From: Psychrobacter sp. DM4
GTDB lineage: Bacteria; Pseudomonadota; Gammaproteobacteria; Pseudomonadales; Moraxellaceae
DNA: 32,000 bases
Direction of reading: 5' to 3'
Assembly: GCF_051307035.1 (NCBI RefSeq)
Contig: NZ_CP195536.1
Span: forward strand, 2,640,001 to 2,672,000
The notes under the pieces are model-generated. The model did not search any database. It saw only the letters and a list, made by a program, of their open reading frames with translations, and was not told where the DNA came from. Positions 11,874 to 20,673 of this stretch are shown piece after piece. Position numbers and translations under genes: made by a program. How positions within the stretch are numbered: position 1 is the first letter of the stretch; the number at the start of each line of letters is the position of its first letter.

Positions 11874-13070
11874 TTAATAGTAGCGTCCCTGACTCTTCTC
11901 AATCGTGGGGCTTTCTTTGTGAATTTTGAGTAGCAAGGCAACCATAACTAAGCTGATGAGCATAGAAGAACCACCATAACTAAAAAAGGGCATGGTTAAA
12001 CCCTTAGTCGGAATTGCGCCCATATTCATCGCCGCATTAATGATCGTCTGTGCGATAAACACGACACCAATGCCGAACGCGGTATAACTCATGCGCATCT
12101 GATTACGTTTAAGAGCGTTATAGCTAATACGCATTGCGCTACCGATAATTAGAGCTTCTAATAACAATATCATCGCAACGCCAACAAACCCCAGCTCTTC
12201 ACCGGTAATCGCCAACAAAAAGTCAGTATGCGCTTCAGGCAAATGTGACAGCTTTTGCACGCTTTCGCCATAGCCGACGCCTGTGAACTGACCCCGGCCA
12301 AAAGCTATCAAACTGCGCGCGAGCTGATAGTCAGTATCTTGCACATCATCAAAAGGATCTATAAATGACATGACCCGTACCAAACGGTACTGCGCTGTCG
12401 TCACCATTAAAATGACGCCACCGACCGCAACCGCACCAAGTGCCAAAAACTGCTTGTAAGGTGCGCCTGCAATATAAAATATCGCAAACACAGTGCCTAA
12501 AATGACCACGAATGAACCAAAATCTGGCTGTAACAACAAAAAGATCGTGATCATGCCAATGACTAAAATGATACGTAAAAACCCATCCCAACCATTACGT
12601 ACCTCAAAAGATCGACGCACTACAAAGTCAGAGACAAAGACGATCATCACAAGTTTGGCAAGCTCTGCCACCTGAAAGTTGATAAAACCCAAATCTAACC
12701 AGCGTTTTGCACCATTAACAGGTGTGCTAAACAAGGTTGCAAATAACAATAGCCCTGTAATCGCTAGCAAAATAAACTGCGTTTCCGTCTTATATAAAGT
12801 TTTGAGCGGTACAAGGTAGTACGGCAAAGCGGCTGCCACTAAGCCTATACCAATGTAGGTCAATTGATTGGTAAAAAAGTGCAGCTCTGTCATACCGCGG
12901 CTTAGCGCATATGGAATTGAGGCCGAAGCGACCATCAATAAGCTGAACACAAGCATACAGCCGACACTCGCCAGCAAAATTGCACCTGCTGACGGCATAG
13001 AGAGAACCCCATCTGAGCGCGTAACTGATGACGAGTGACGATTTGAGCGAGAGAAAAAAGAGAGCGCCAT
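11874..13070 (-). CDS. ftsW: Peptidoglycan glycosyltransferase FtsW (SEDS family)
   Basis: Polytopic FtsW/RodA/SpoVE-family ORF (...PDFGSFVV..., ...TDFLLAITGEELGFVG..., ...MPFFSYGGSSM...) immediately downstream of murD. The start is ambiguous: ATG at 13070 (preferred) or an in-frame GTG at 13121 as in the ORF track. Confidence 0.9.
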   Translation of the reverse strand: MALSFFSRSNRHSSSVTRSDGVLSMPSAGAILLASVGCMLVFSLLMVASASIPYALSRGMTELHFFTNQLTYIGIGLVAAALPYYLVPLKTLYKTETQFILLAITGLLLFATLFSTPVNGAKRWLDLGFINFQVAELAKLVMIVFVSDFVVRRSFEVRNGWDGFLRIILVIGMITIFLLLQPDFGSFVVILGTVFAIFYIAGAPYKQFLALGAVAVGGVILMVTTAQYRLVRVMSFIDPFDDVQDTDYQLARSLIAFGRGQFTGVGYGESVQKLSHLPEAHTDFLLAITGEELGFVGVAMILLLEALIIGSAMRISYNALKRNQMRMSYTAFGIGVVFIAQTIINAAMNMGAIPTKGLTMPFFSYGGSSMLISLVMVALLLKIHKESPTIEKSQGRYY

Positions 13071-13265
13071 AATATTTAGGTACACAAGCAGACAAAAAAC
13101 ACGACGCTCATAAAGCGCCACCGTTTAAAAATAGAAGTTCGTTCAGATTAAGGATACACCCTAATATCTGAACCGCTAATTATAACTGACAGTAGCAGCA
13201 ATCAGTAGGCAAAACAATTATTTATCGCTCAAATAACCCCTCTATTAAGCGATATCTAACGATAT

Positions 13266-14684
13266 CTAAATAGTGCCTTCATCTAGCGCGTGAACCCGCT
13301 GAACAAACTGCTCACCACGATCGGCATAACCTTTGAACTGATCAAAACTGGCGCAGGCAGGTGATAACAAGACCGCTTGTACTTGCGACAAGCTACTTAA
13401 AGTGACTTGTTGAATGCACTCAAAAGCCCCTGCCAAGGTTTGACATTGATGCAAAGCAACGTCATCATTTATGCCTGCTGCGCGTAGATCCTTTTCGATG
13501 AGCGCGGCATCCTCTCCGATAAAGAGCACTTGACTGACGTACTTGTTAATTAAAGGACTCAATTCACTAAACTGCTGAGCTTTGCCCTGTCCGCCCAATA
13601 TCAGTAACAACTTGCCATCTTTTGGTGCATACACCGCGCCTAGGCCTTCGATAGCCGCCATAGTTGAGCCGATATTAGTGCCTTTGGAGTCATTGAAGTA
13701 GTCGATATCAGCAACTTGGGCGATATACTGGCAACGATGTGCCAGTCCACTAAAGTGCCTCAAGGTAGTCATCATACTCTCAAGCGGTATTCCTGCCAGC
13801 TCACCAATTGCTAAGGCAGCTTGCGCATTTAGTAAATTATGCCGACCTTTGATCAGTAGCTCGTCAGCGGGCAACAAACGCTCGGTACCACGCGCCAGAT
13901 GAATCTGTCCATCAGGAGCGGTGATAAGACCATAATGACCTTTATCGGGTGCATGAATGCCAGTACTAATACGCGGTAGATTATCCGCTACCAGCGGACG
14001 AGTGAGCGCATCTTCTCGGCTGATGACTACAGACTTTGCCCCTTGAAAAATACGGTGTTTGGCTTGATGGTAGCCGAGCATATCACCATGACGATCAAGA
14101 TGATCAGGTGACATATTGAGTACGGTGGCGACTTGCGCACTCAAATTAGTGACTGTCTCTAGCTGAAAGCTTGAGAGCTCAAGAACAGCGAGCGCCATAT
14201 CAGTATTGCTGAGCAAGTTCAGTGCCGGCACGCCAATATTGCCACCAACACCGACATTGATACCCGCATCAACCGCCATTTGTCCGACCAGAGTCGTCAC
14301 TGTGCTCTTAGCATTAGAGCCTGTAATTGCCACAATCGGTACGGTACACGCCTCACAAAACAGCTGGATATCGCTCACAACAGGGATATGCGCACGGCGC
14401 GCAGCGGCTACAGCTTCAGTATCTAGGGAGATACCTGGACTGATAATAATGCGCGCCGCTTGTTGTAATAACTCTCTGTCAACAGCACCGAACTGGCGTA
14501 CTTCGATAGTCTCGGGCAACTGATCTGCAAGCGTAGGTGCCGCTTGAGCATCGGTCACAGCGACTTGATAGCCTTGGTCTGCTAGATAATGCGCTACGGA
14601 TAATCCTGACTGCCCCAAACCGACGACGACTTGTAAGCCGCTACCCTTATGAAGTAAGTTTTTGGTTGTGGCAACAGCGTTCAT
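13266..14684 (-). CDS. murD: UDP-N-acetylmuramoylalanine--D-glutamate ligase
   Basis: It has an N-terminal GLGQSG nucleotide-binding fold and the Mur-ligase P-loop ITGSNAKST. The ATG at 14684 is preceded by AAGGA. The 43 upstream codons in the track ORF (to 14813) lack homology features. Confidence 0.93.
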   Translation of the reverse strand: MNAVATTKNLLHKGSGLQVVVGLGQSGLSVAHYLADQGYQVAVTDAQAAPTLADQLPETIEVRQFGAVDRELLQQAARIIISPGISLDTEAVAAARRAHIPVVSDIQLFCEACTVPIVAITGSNAKSTVTTLVGQMAVDAGINVGVGGNIGVPALNLLSNTDMALAVLELSSFQLETVTNLSAQVATVLNMSPDHLDRHGDMLGYHQAKHRIFQGAKSVVISREDALTRPLVADNLPRISTGIHAPDKGHYGLITAPDGQIHLARGTERLLPADELLIKGRHNLLNAQAALAIGELAGIPLESMMTTLRHFSGLAHRCQYIAQVADIDYFNDSKGTNIGSTMAAIEGLGAVYAPKDGKLLLILGGQGKAQQFSELSPLINKYVSQVLFIGEDAALIEKDLRAAGINDDVALHQCQTLAGAFECIQQVTLSSLSQVQAVLLSPACASFDQFKGYADRGEQFVQRVHALDEGTI

Positions 14685-14906
14685 AGAGAATCCTTTATAA
14701 AAGTAAGTATGACAATTGGGTTCGACGATATAGAAGATGACGTCTGGTTTATCTGTGACTGCGCTTGGCATCATAACGCCATTATGCATATTTCGGTACA
14801 GCTCTTTCATCACTTTATGCTATTATGCGCATATTTTTTGAATTAACGACCTTGCACAATATTTGGGGTTCAAGACAAGCCGCTTATCTTAGCACATTGC
14901 CATTTT

Positions 14907-14942
14907 GTCAGGCGACTATCCCTCGTCAGGCGACTATCCCTC
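14907..14942. repeat. Perfect 18-bp tandem duplication (GTCAGGCGACTATCCCTC x2)
   Basis: Read directly: 14907-14924 is identical to 14925-14942. It lies in the murD / SulP divergent intergenic region. Confidence 0.95.
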
Positions 14943-15101
14943 ATCTTTTCGCGCTGACCATGATCGCTTTTATTTTTAATCCCAGAATGCCTCACTCTAG
15001 GGCGTGCCATCAATTAGATTATGAGGGTAAAAATGATTTAATTGATGACACGCCCCAACTCGATGAGTGCTTTTTTACCTTCAATTGTATGTAGTTACCC
15101 T

Positions 15102-16601
15102 ATGACCTCTTTTTATACGAATGTACACGATGAATGGTTCTCTAATGTCCGCGGCGATATCTTATCGGGTGTAGTTGTGGCGTTAGCGTTAATCCCTGAA
15201 GCTATTGCCTTTTCTATCATTGCAGGCGTCGATCCCAAAGTAGGTCTATACGCCTCGTTTTGTATCGCAGTGGTCATTAGCTTCGTTGGTGGTCGGCCAG
15301 GGATGATCTCAGCGGCGACGGGTGCAATGGCGCTACTTATGGTTGATCTAGTCGCTGATCATGGCTTGCAATACTTGCTTGCGGCAACCTTGCTGTGCGG
15401 CGCTATTCAGATAGTGATGGGTATCTTAAAGCTGGGTAATCTCATGCGGTTTGTATCGCGCTCCGTGGTCATCGGCTTTGTGAACGCTTTGGCGATTTTG
15501 ATTTTTGCAGCACAAATACCTGAGCTCAACCCTGCAACCGAGCGCGTAGGTTTGACGGTGTACATTATGACCGCAGTTGGCCTCGGTATCATCTATTTGT
15601 TTCCATTGATTCCAAAGATTGGTCGCATCATCCCCTCGCCGCTTATTTGTATCGTAGGCCTAACGGCAGTAGCGATGTATATGGGTCTTGATATCCGTAA
15701 TGTTGGCGATATGGGCGATCTACCTGATACGCTACCGATGTTCTTGCTACCTGATATTCCGCTGAATCTGAACACTTTACTCATTATTGCTCCTTACTCT
15801 ATAGCGCTGGCTATCGTCGGTCTCCTTGAGTCTATGATGACCGCTACTATTGTTGACGAATTGACAGATACGCCTAGTGATAAAAACCGTGAGTGCCGTG
15901 GTCAAGGTATTGCTAACGTAGTGGCAGGATCGTTCGGTGGTATGGCAGGGTGCGCGATGATCGGACAGTCAGTGATTAATGTAAAATCTGGTGGACGTAC
16001 GCGTCTATCAGCGCTGATCGCAGGTGTTGTGCTGCTTATTATGGTCGTGTTCCTAAGTGACTGGGTCAGTCTAATTCCGATGGCAGCACTCGTTGCGGTG
16101 ATGATTATGGTCTCTATTGGTACCTTTAACTGGCAGTCTATTCGTGAGTTCAAAACTCATCCGATATCCTTTAATATCGTAATGTTAGCGACTGTTTTGA
16201 CTACTGTATTTAGTCATAACTTAGCTTATGGCGTCGGTGTTGGTGTGCTGTTATCTGCGCTTGCCTTTGCTAATAAGATTGGTCAATTCTTGACTATATA
16301 TAGTGAGTACGATGATACTAGTAATACTCGTTATTATTATGTCCAAGGACAAGTCTTTTTTGCCTCAACTACGCAGTTTATCGACAGCTTCGATAGCAAA
16401 GAGGCGCTCGATAAGATTGAGATTGATGTCAGTCAGGCGCACTTTTGGGATGTTAGTGCTGTCGATACTTTGGACAAGCTGGTGATGCGCTTGCAACGTG
16501 AAGGCATAGATGTCAAAGTAGTTGGACTAAACAGCGCCAGTCGAACCTTGATCGATCGCTTTTCTGTCCATGATAGACGCGATATTGGCTTGCTGGATTA
16601 A
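15102..16601 (+). CDS. SulP-family inorganic anion/dicarboxylate transporter with C-terminal STAS domain
   Basis: Polytopic ORF with SulP features ([24 protein letters not shown]...) and a soluble C-terminal STAS-like domain ([11 protein letters not shown]...VVGLNSAS). The start is uncertain: ATG 15102 is preferred, with alternatives ATG 15045 and TTG 15042. Confidence 0.88.
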   Translation: MTSFYTNVHDEWFSNVRGDILSGVVVALALIPEAIAFSIIAGVDPKVGLYASFCIAVVISFVGGRPGMISAATGAMALLMVDLVADHGLQYLLAATLLCGAIQIVMGILKLGNLMRFVSRSVVIGFVNALAILIFAAQIPELNPATERVGLTVYIMTAVGLGIIYLFPLIPKIGRIIPSPLICIVGLTAVAMYMGLDIRNVGDMGDLPDTLPMFLLPDIPLNLNTLLIIAPYSIALAIVGLLESMMTATIVDELTDTPSDKNRECRGQGIANVVAGSFGGMAGCAMIGQSVINVKSGGRTRLSALIAGVVLLIMVVFLSDWVSLIPMAALVAVMIMVSIGTFNWQSIREFKTHPISFNIVMLATVLTTVFSHNLAYGVGVGVLLSALAFANKIGQFLTIYSEYDDTSNTRYYYVQGQVFFASTTQFIDSFDSKEALDKIEIDVSQAHFWDVSAVDTLDKLVMRLQREGIDVKVVGLNSASRTLIDRFSVHDRRDIGLLD

Positions 16602-16671
16602 AGCCTGTTTAAAGTATGTGCAAGACGTCTTTAGCGCTAACCGTATTTTATTAAAATGATGTGGTTGTCTT

Positions 16672-17526
16672 ATGAGTAACTTAAAGCCTGATAGTGTTAT
16701 TGCTTGCCTAGATTGTCCTGATCATGTGCAAGCCGTATTAGATGCTAGTATGTGGGCGTCCATGCGTATGCAAGCGCCCGTTGGTCTGTTGCACTCAGTG
16801 CCAACGCTACAACAAAAAGCGGCGATTAACTACTCAGGTTGTCTGACTATCGATAACGAAAGCGCCATGCTTGATCAATTTACAAGCCATGAACATTTGA
16901 GTAACTGTGAACTTAAAGCTCAAGGCAAGCTGCTACTCCATCAAGCGACTGCTTACTGCGAGCAGCAGCAGCATAAACGCAAAACTTATACATTGCATCG
17001 ACATGAGAACCTTAACCAAAGCATCGATTATGTCGATGAAAAATCTCAACTGATCGTTATCGGCCATCATGTGACTTGTAAATCAAAGCTCAGCCAGCTG
17101 ATTCGTCTTAGTCACTGCCCCATTTTGGTGACTCATGCACCATTTTTGCCCCCTACCACAGCGCTATTTGCCTTTGATAATCGTGCGACTTCTCATAAAT
17201 TACTCGATTGGCTTTGCAAAACGCCACTGGTGCGTTCATTAACTATTCATATTGTTATGGTCGGCAAAGAAACCTCAGCCAATTGCGACGCTTTGCGTGA
17301 AGCCTACGCGCGTCTCAAGCAAGCAGGCATCTGTTGCAAAAAAGCGTTGCTAGATAGCCGCGATGTCAGCGCCGCCTTACACTATTATCAAAGTGAAAAT
17401 GATATAGGTCTATTGATGACCGGTGCTTTTGGTCAATCTCGCTTACGCGAGCTGCTGCGTGGTAGCGATACCGAAAAGCTACTAGTAAGCACCAAAACCC
17501 CGTATCTACTCTTCCCAAAGGCGTAG
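16672..17526 (+). CDS. Tandem universal stress protein (UspA-family) domain protein
   Basis: 284 aa, the size of two USP domains. The C-terminal domain carries the ATP-binding motif G-x2-G-x9-G-S (GAFGQSRLRELLRGS). Pairing of a USP gene with a SulP transporter gene is a common arrangement. Confidence 0.75.
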   Translation: MSNLKPDSVIACLDCPDHVQAVLDASMWASMRMQAPVGLLHSVPTLQQKAAINYSGCLTIDNESAMLDQFTSHEHLSNCELKAQGKLLLHQATAYCEQQQHKRKTYTLHRHENLNQSIDYVDEKSQLIVIGHHVTCKSKLSQLIRLSHCPILVTHAPFLPPTTALFAFDNRATSHKLLDWLCKTPLVRSLTIHIVMVGKETSANCDALREAYARLKQAGICCKKALLDSRDVSAALHYYQSENDIGLLMTGAFGQSRLRELLRGSDTEKLLVSTKTPYLLFPKA

Positions 17527-17821
17527 ACCTATTGACGACTAGGCATGCCACCTTTTCTTTAAGTCCATTTTAAAAGAGCTTATTCATTACCTTTGTCTCT
17601 GTGATGTTTTAGCAAATCATCACTGATAGCTTCCCCATGCACATCAAAAGTTGGTTATAATAAACGACTCGTTTTTTTTACGTCGGCATCTGATTCATTA
17701 TGCTTGTATTTATCACGCTTGTTATAGTATCGCAGGTGCTATCTATACAAGCATTATATCTTGTCATAACAGGGTTGTTCATAAGACTAAGCCACAATCC
17801 TACCTCCTCCTTGAGTAGGCT

Positions 17822-17837
17822 TGGCACGGTTCTTGAA
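17822..17837 (+). promoter_or_regulatory. Candidate sigma-54 (-24/-12) promoter for glnK-amtB
   Basis: TGGCAC-GGTTC-TTGAA compared with the consensus TGGCAC-N5-TTGCW. The -24 element is perfect, while the -12 element has GA instead of GC. It lies about 80 nt upstream of the glnK ATG, and glnK-amtB is classically NtrC/sigma-54 dependent. Confidence 0.45.
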
Positions 17838-17889
17838 TGTCTACTTACAGATTATAGATATGGCGTAACGCTATAACACTATCAGCTGA

Positions 17890-18255
<366 letters not shown>

Positions 18256-18333
18256 AGCGCATGACTACCCTACAAACATAGAGTTGTAGAAAATATAAAG
18301 ATCTATATTGCATAAATTCAAGGGGGAATTAAC

Positions 18334-19596
18334 ATGCAAAGCCAAATTTTTGAGCTTCAGTACGCAATTGACACGTTTTATTTTTTGATGTGTGGAGCGC
18401 TCGTCATGTGGATGGCAGCAGGCTTCACGATGTTGGAAGCAGGCCTAGTACGATCAAAGAATACCGTCGAGATATTAACTAAGAACATTTCACTTTTTGC
18501 GGTTGCTTGCATTATGTACATGGTATGCGGCTATGCCCTTATGTATGGTGGCGATTTCTTCTTGAGCTCAATTGCTGGCGGAGATACTGTAGTAGAAGAC
18601 GCTTTAGCAGCCTCAGCCGAAAATGGCTTTGGTGGCGATTCTGTCTATTCAGCCGCGTCCGACTTTTTCTTTCAAGTTGTGTTCGTAGCAACTTGTATGT
18701 CGATTGTCTCAGGAGCAGTTGCTGAGCGCATGAAACTTTGGTCTTTCTTACTGTTTGCAGTCGTGATGACAGGTTTCATCTATCCCATGGAAGGTAGCTG
18801 GACTTGGGGTGGCAATGATGTCTTTGGACTCTTTAACTTAGGTGATCTCGGATTTTCTGACTTTGCAGGCTCAGGCATTGTACACATGGCAGGCGCTGCG
18901 GCAGCATTAGCAGGCGTATTATTGTTAGGAGCACGTAAAGGTAAATATGGTAGCCATGGTGAGATACGAGCTATTCCCGGAGCTAACTTACCTTTAGCAG
19001 CTTTAGGAACGCTTATCCTGTGGATGGGCTGGTTTGGATTCAATGGCGGATCGGTACTTAAGCTTGGTGATATTGCTAGCGCTAATACAGTCGCTATGGT
19101 GTTCTTGAACACTAATGCAGCAGCAGCGGGTGGTGCTATTGGTGCCTTGATACTTGCACGTTTAATATTTGGCAAAGCGGATTTAACGATGCTCTTAAAT
19201 GGTGCCTTGGCGGGACTAGTCGCTATCACTGCTGAACCTTCAACGCCTTCAGCACTGCAAGCAACGCTTTTCGGTGTAGTAGCAGGGGTGATTGTTGTAC
19301 TTTCAATTTTAGCCTTGGATAAGATTAAGATAGATGATCCTGTCGGTGCAATCTCTGTTCATGGTGTTGTCGGTCTATTTGGCTTACTTATCGTTCCTAT
19401 TACCAATCCAGCAGCTAGTTTTATCGGTCAAATCGCAGGCGCTGCCACGATATTTGCTTGGGTGTTTGTCGCAAGCTTGATTGTTTGGATGATTATAAAA
19501 GCAGTTGTCGGTCTACGTATCTCAGAAGAAGATGAGTATGAAGGCGCAGATATCGCTGAGTGCGGGATGGAAGCATATCCTGAATTTACAAAATAA
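18334..19596 (+). CDS. amtB: Ammonium transporter
   Basis: 420-aa polytopic Amt/MEP protein with the signature DFAGSGIVHMAGAAAAL and the twin-His region (...ISVHGVVGL...). It lies downstream of glnK. Confidence 0.95.
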   Translation: MQSQIFELQYAIDTFYFLMCGALVMWMAAGFTMLEAGLVRSKNTVEILTKNISLFAVACIMYMVCGYALMYGGDFFLSSIAGGDTVVEDALAASAENGFGGDSVYSAASDFFFQVVFVATCMSIVSGAVAERMKLWSFLLFAVVMTGFIYPMEGSWTWGGNDVFGLFNLGDLGFSDFAGSGIVHMAGAAAALAGVLLLGARKGKYGSHGEIRAIPGANLPLAALGTLILWMGWFGFNGGSVLKLGDIASANTVAMVFLNTNAAAAGGAIGALILARLIFGKADLTMLLNGALAGLVAITAEPSTPSALQATLFGVVAGVIVVLSILALDKIKIDDPVGAISVHGVVGLFGLLIVPITNPAASFIGQIAGAATIFAWVFVASLIVWMIIKAVVGLRISEEDEYEGADIAECGMEAYPEFTK

Positions 19597-19704
19597 TATT
19601 TATTCTACAATACAGTATTGACGCCGAAACTACTTAGGTAGTGTCGGCGCTCACTATTTGGATTTTAAAATATTTGAACATTCTAAACTACAGAGTAAGA
19701 TACC

Positions 19705-19747
19705 CATAAAAAATCCCGCAAAACCTTTCGGTAATGCGGGATTTTTA
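19705..19747. terminator. Bidirectional intrinsic terminator between convergent amtB and the DUF2147 gene
   Basis: 10-bp stem AAATCCCGCA / TGCGGGATTT (19711-19720 / 19735-19744) with A-run and T-run flanks on the two sides. A weaker hairpin at 19622-19649 (CGCCGAAACTAC / GTAGTGTCGGCG) lies closer to amtB. Confidence 0.8.
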
Positions 19748-19781
19748 GTTTGACTTAAACCAAATAGTATAAGCTACAGGT

Positions 19782-20165
19782 TTATTTCTTTTTCCACGTT
19801 TGGCTACGTGAGAATGGTCCAATGTAACCTTTTAGGTCTAGAGTGCTGCCACTTAAATTGGCTGTCATACGATAGTCTTTGCCTTTTTCAGGATCAGTAA
19901 TCGTACCGCCGCTATATTTGCCGCCGCCATCAGCTTTTAGACCTTTGATGATGGTTTTACCAACATGCTTTTGGCCTTTAGAAGATACTGTACTGACAAG
20001 TTTACCTGTCAATACACCGTTAGACTCAGTAATCTTGACGATGCCTTTTGGCTGGCCGTCGTCATAAGTCTGCCAAGAAGTATTGTGTAACGGATCAGCG
20101 GCAAATGCCATCGTTGCCATGCTGATGCCAGCTGCAGCTATTGCGGTTTTGGTTAATAATTTCAT
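19782..20165 (-). CDS. Secreted DUF2147-family protein
   Basis: 127 aa with a signal peptide (...SMATMAFA/AD) and DUF2147-like motifs TSWQTYDD...GIVKI...G.LTGKL and ITDPEKGKDY...LDLKGYIGPFSRSQTW. Confidence 0.8.
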   Translation of the reverse strand: MKLLTKTAIAAAGISMATMAFAADPLHNTSWQTYDDGQPKGIVKITESNGVLTGKLVSTVSSKGQKHVGKTIIKGLKADGGGKYSGGTITDPEKGKDYRMTANLSGSTLDLKGYIGPFSRSQTWKKK

Positions 20166-20380
20166 AAATCGATTCCCTTCGTACGATGATGGTTCAAAAC
20201 GCTATGATTACGTGCTTATCCTTGCTATAAATCTCTGGATTTGAAGCTCTACTCTCAAATCACTTATAAAATATTCAGCACCATAGCGATGACTTGGCTT
20301 ATTATAAGCATTTTTAAAACTTTGGATAGTAATTTTTTTATAGATAATTATTACTATAAAATCAGAACTATATCAAATAG

Positions 20381-20644
20381 TTACAAAAAAGGATTATCAA
20401 TGTTTTTGTCTGATTGGTCATTTATATGTTTTGACTCTTTCTCTTGATTGCTGTAGCTATCATCGTCTTTAAATGCTTGCAATACCTTGCTCGTCAGCTC
20501 ATGTAATTTTTGGGCTTGCTCATATCCTAGCTCATCGAACCTTATATCTATATCACCATAGATAGTAATTTTATCTCTTTGGTTTTCGATAGTTAGCCCA
20601 CCAATTTGCATGCTCTGATGATTGTTCGCAAAAGGCTCAATCAT
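20381..20644 (-). CDS. Small acidic hypothetical protein (87 aa) coupled to the upstream nuclease gene; candidate nuclease inhibitor
   Basis: The ATG is preceded by a strong SD (AGGAGA, 4-nt spacer), and only 29 nt separate it from the nuclease stop codon. It has no signal peptide and an Asp/Glu/Ser-rich C-terminal tail. I recognise no family, so the functional label is positional inference only. Confidence 0.6.
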   Translation of the reverse strand: MIEPFANNHQSMQIGGLTIENQRDKITIYGDIDIRFDELGYEQAQKLHELTSKVLQAFKDDDSYSNQEKESKHINDQSDKNIDNPFL

Positions 20645-20673
20645 GGTCTCTCCTATTGATCAATGTACAGGGG

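Noticed and set aside
14685-14813. N-terminal extensions in the ORF track: murD to 14813, the metallophosphoesterase from 8927, SulP from 15042 and ftsW to 13121.
   Set aside because: These extensions start at non-ATG codons or lack an RBS, encode hydrophobic or odd sequence with no family features, and precede an internal ATG that aligns with the conserved N-terminus. For murD, that ATG also has an AAGGA Shine-Dalgarno.
18780-19229. 149-aa antisense ORF inside amtB, and similar shadow ORFs: 2785-3006, 5585-5827, 6899-7198, 7738-7977, 9264-9866, 11141-11365, 12349-13095, 14206-14523, 15407-16153, 19879-20067, 20970-21365, 22010-22213, 24862-25463, 26544-26729, 27616-27807, 29602-30306 and 31216-31948.
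   Set aside because: All lie entirely within, or overlap, well-supported genes in another frame or strand. Their composition is low-complexity and rich in Pro, Arg and Ser, typical of shadow frames, and they have no RBS.
20241-20447. 68-aa plus-strand ORF (TTG start) between the DUF2147 gene and the small acidic ORF, and the 89-aa ORF at 14825-15094.
   Set aside because: Both sit in AT-rich intergenic sequence with a non-ATG or unsupported start and no RBS. The first overlaps the 3' end of the better-supported 87-aa gene. The second runs across the 18-bp tandem duplication and the leader inverted repeat.
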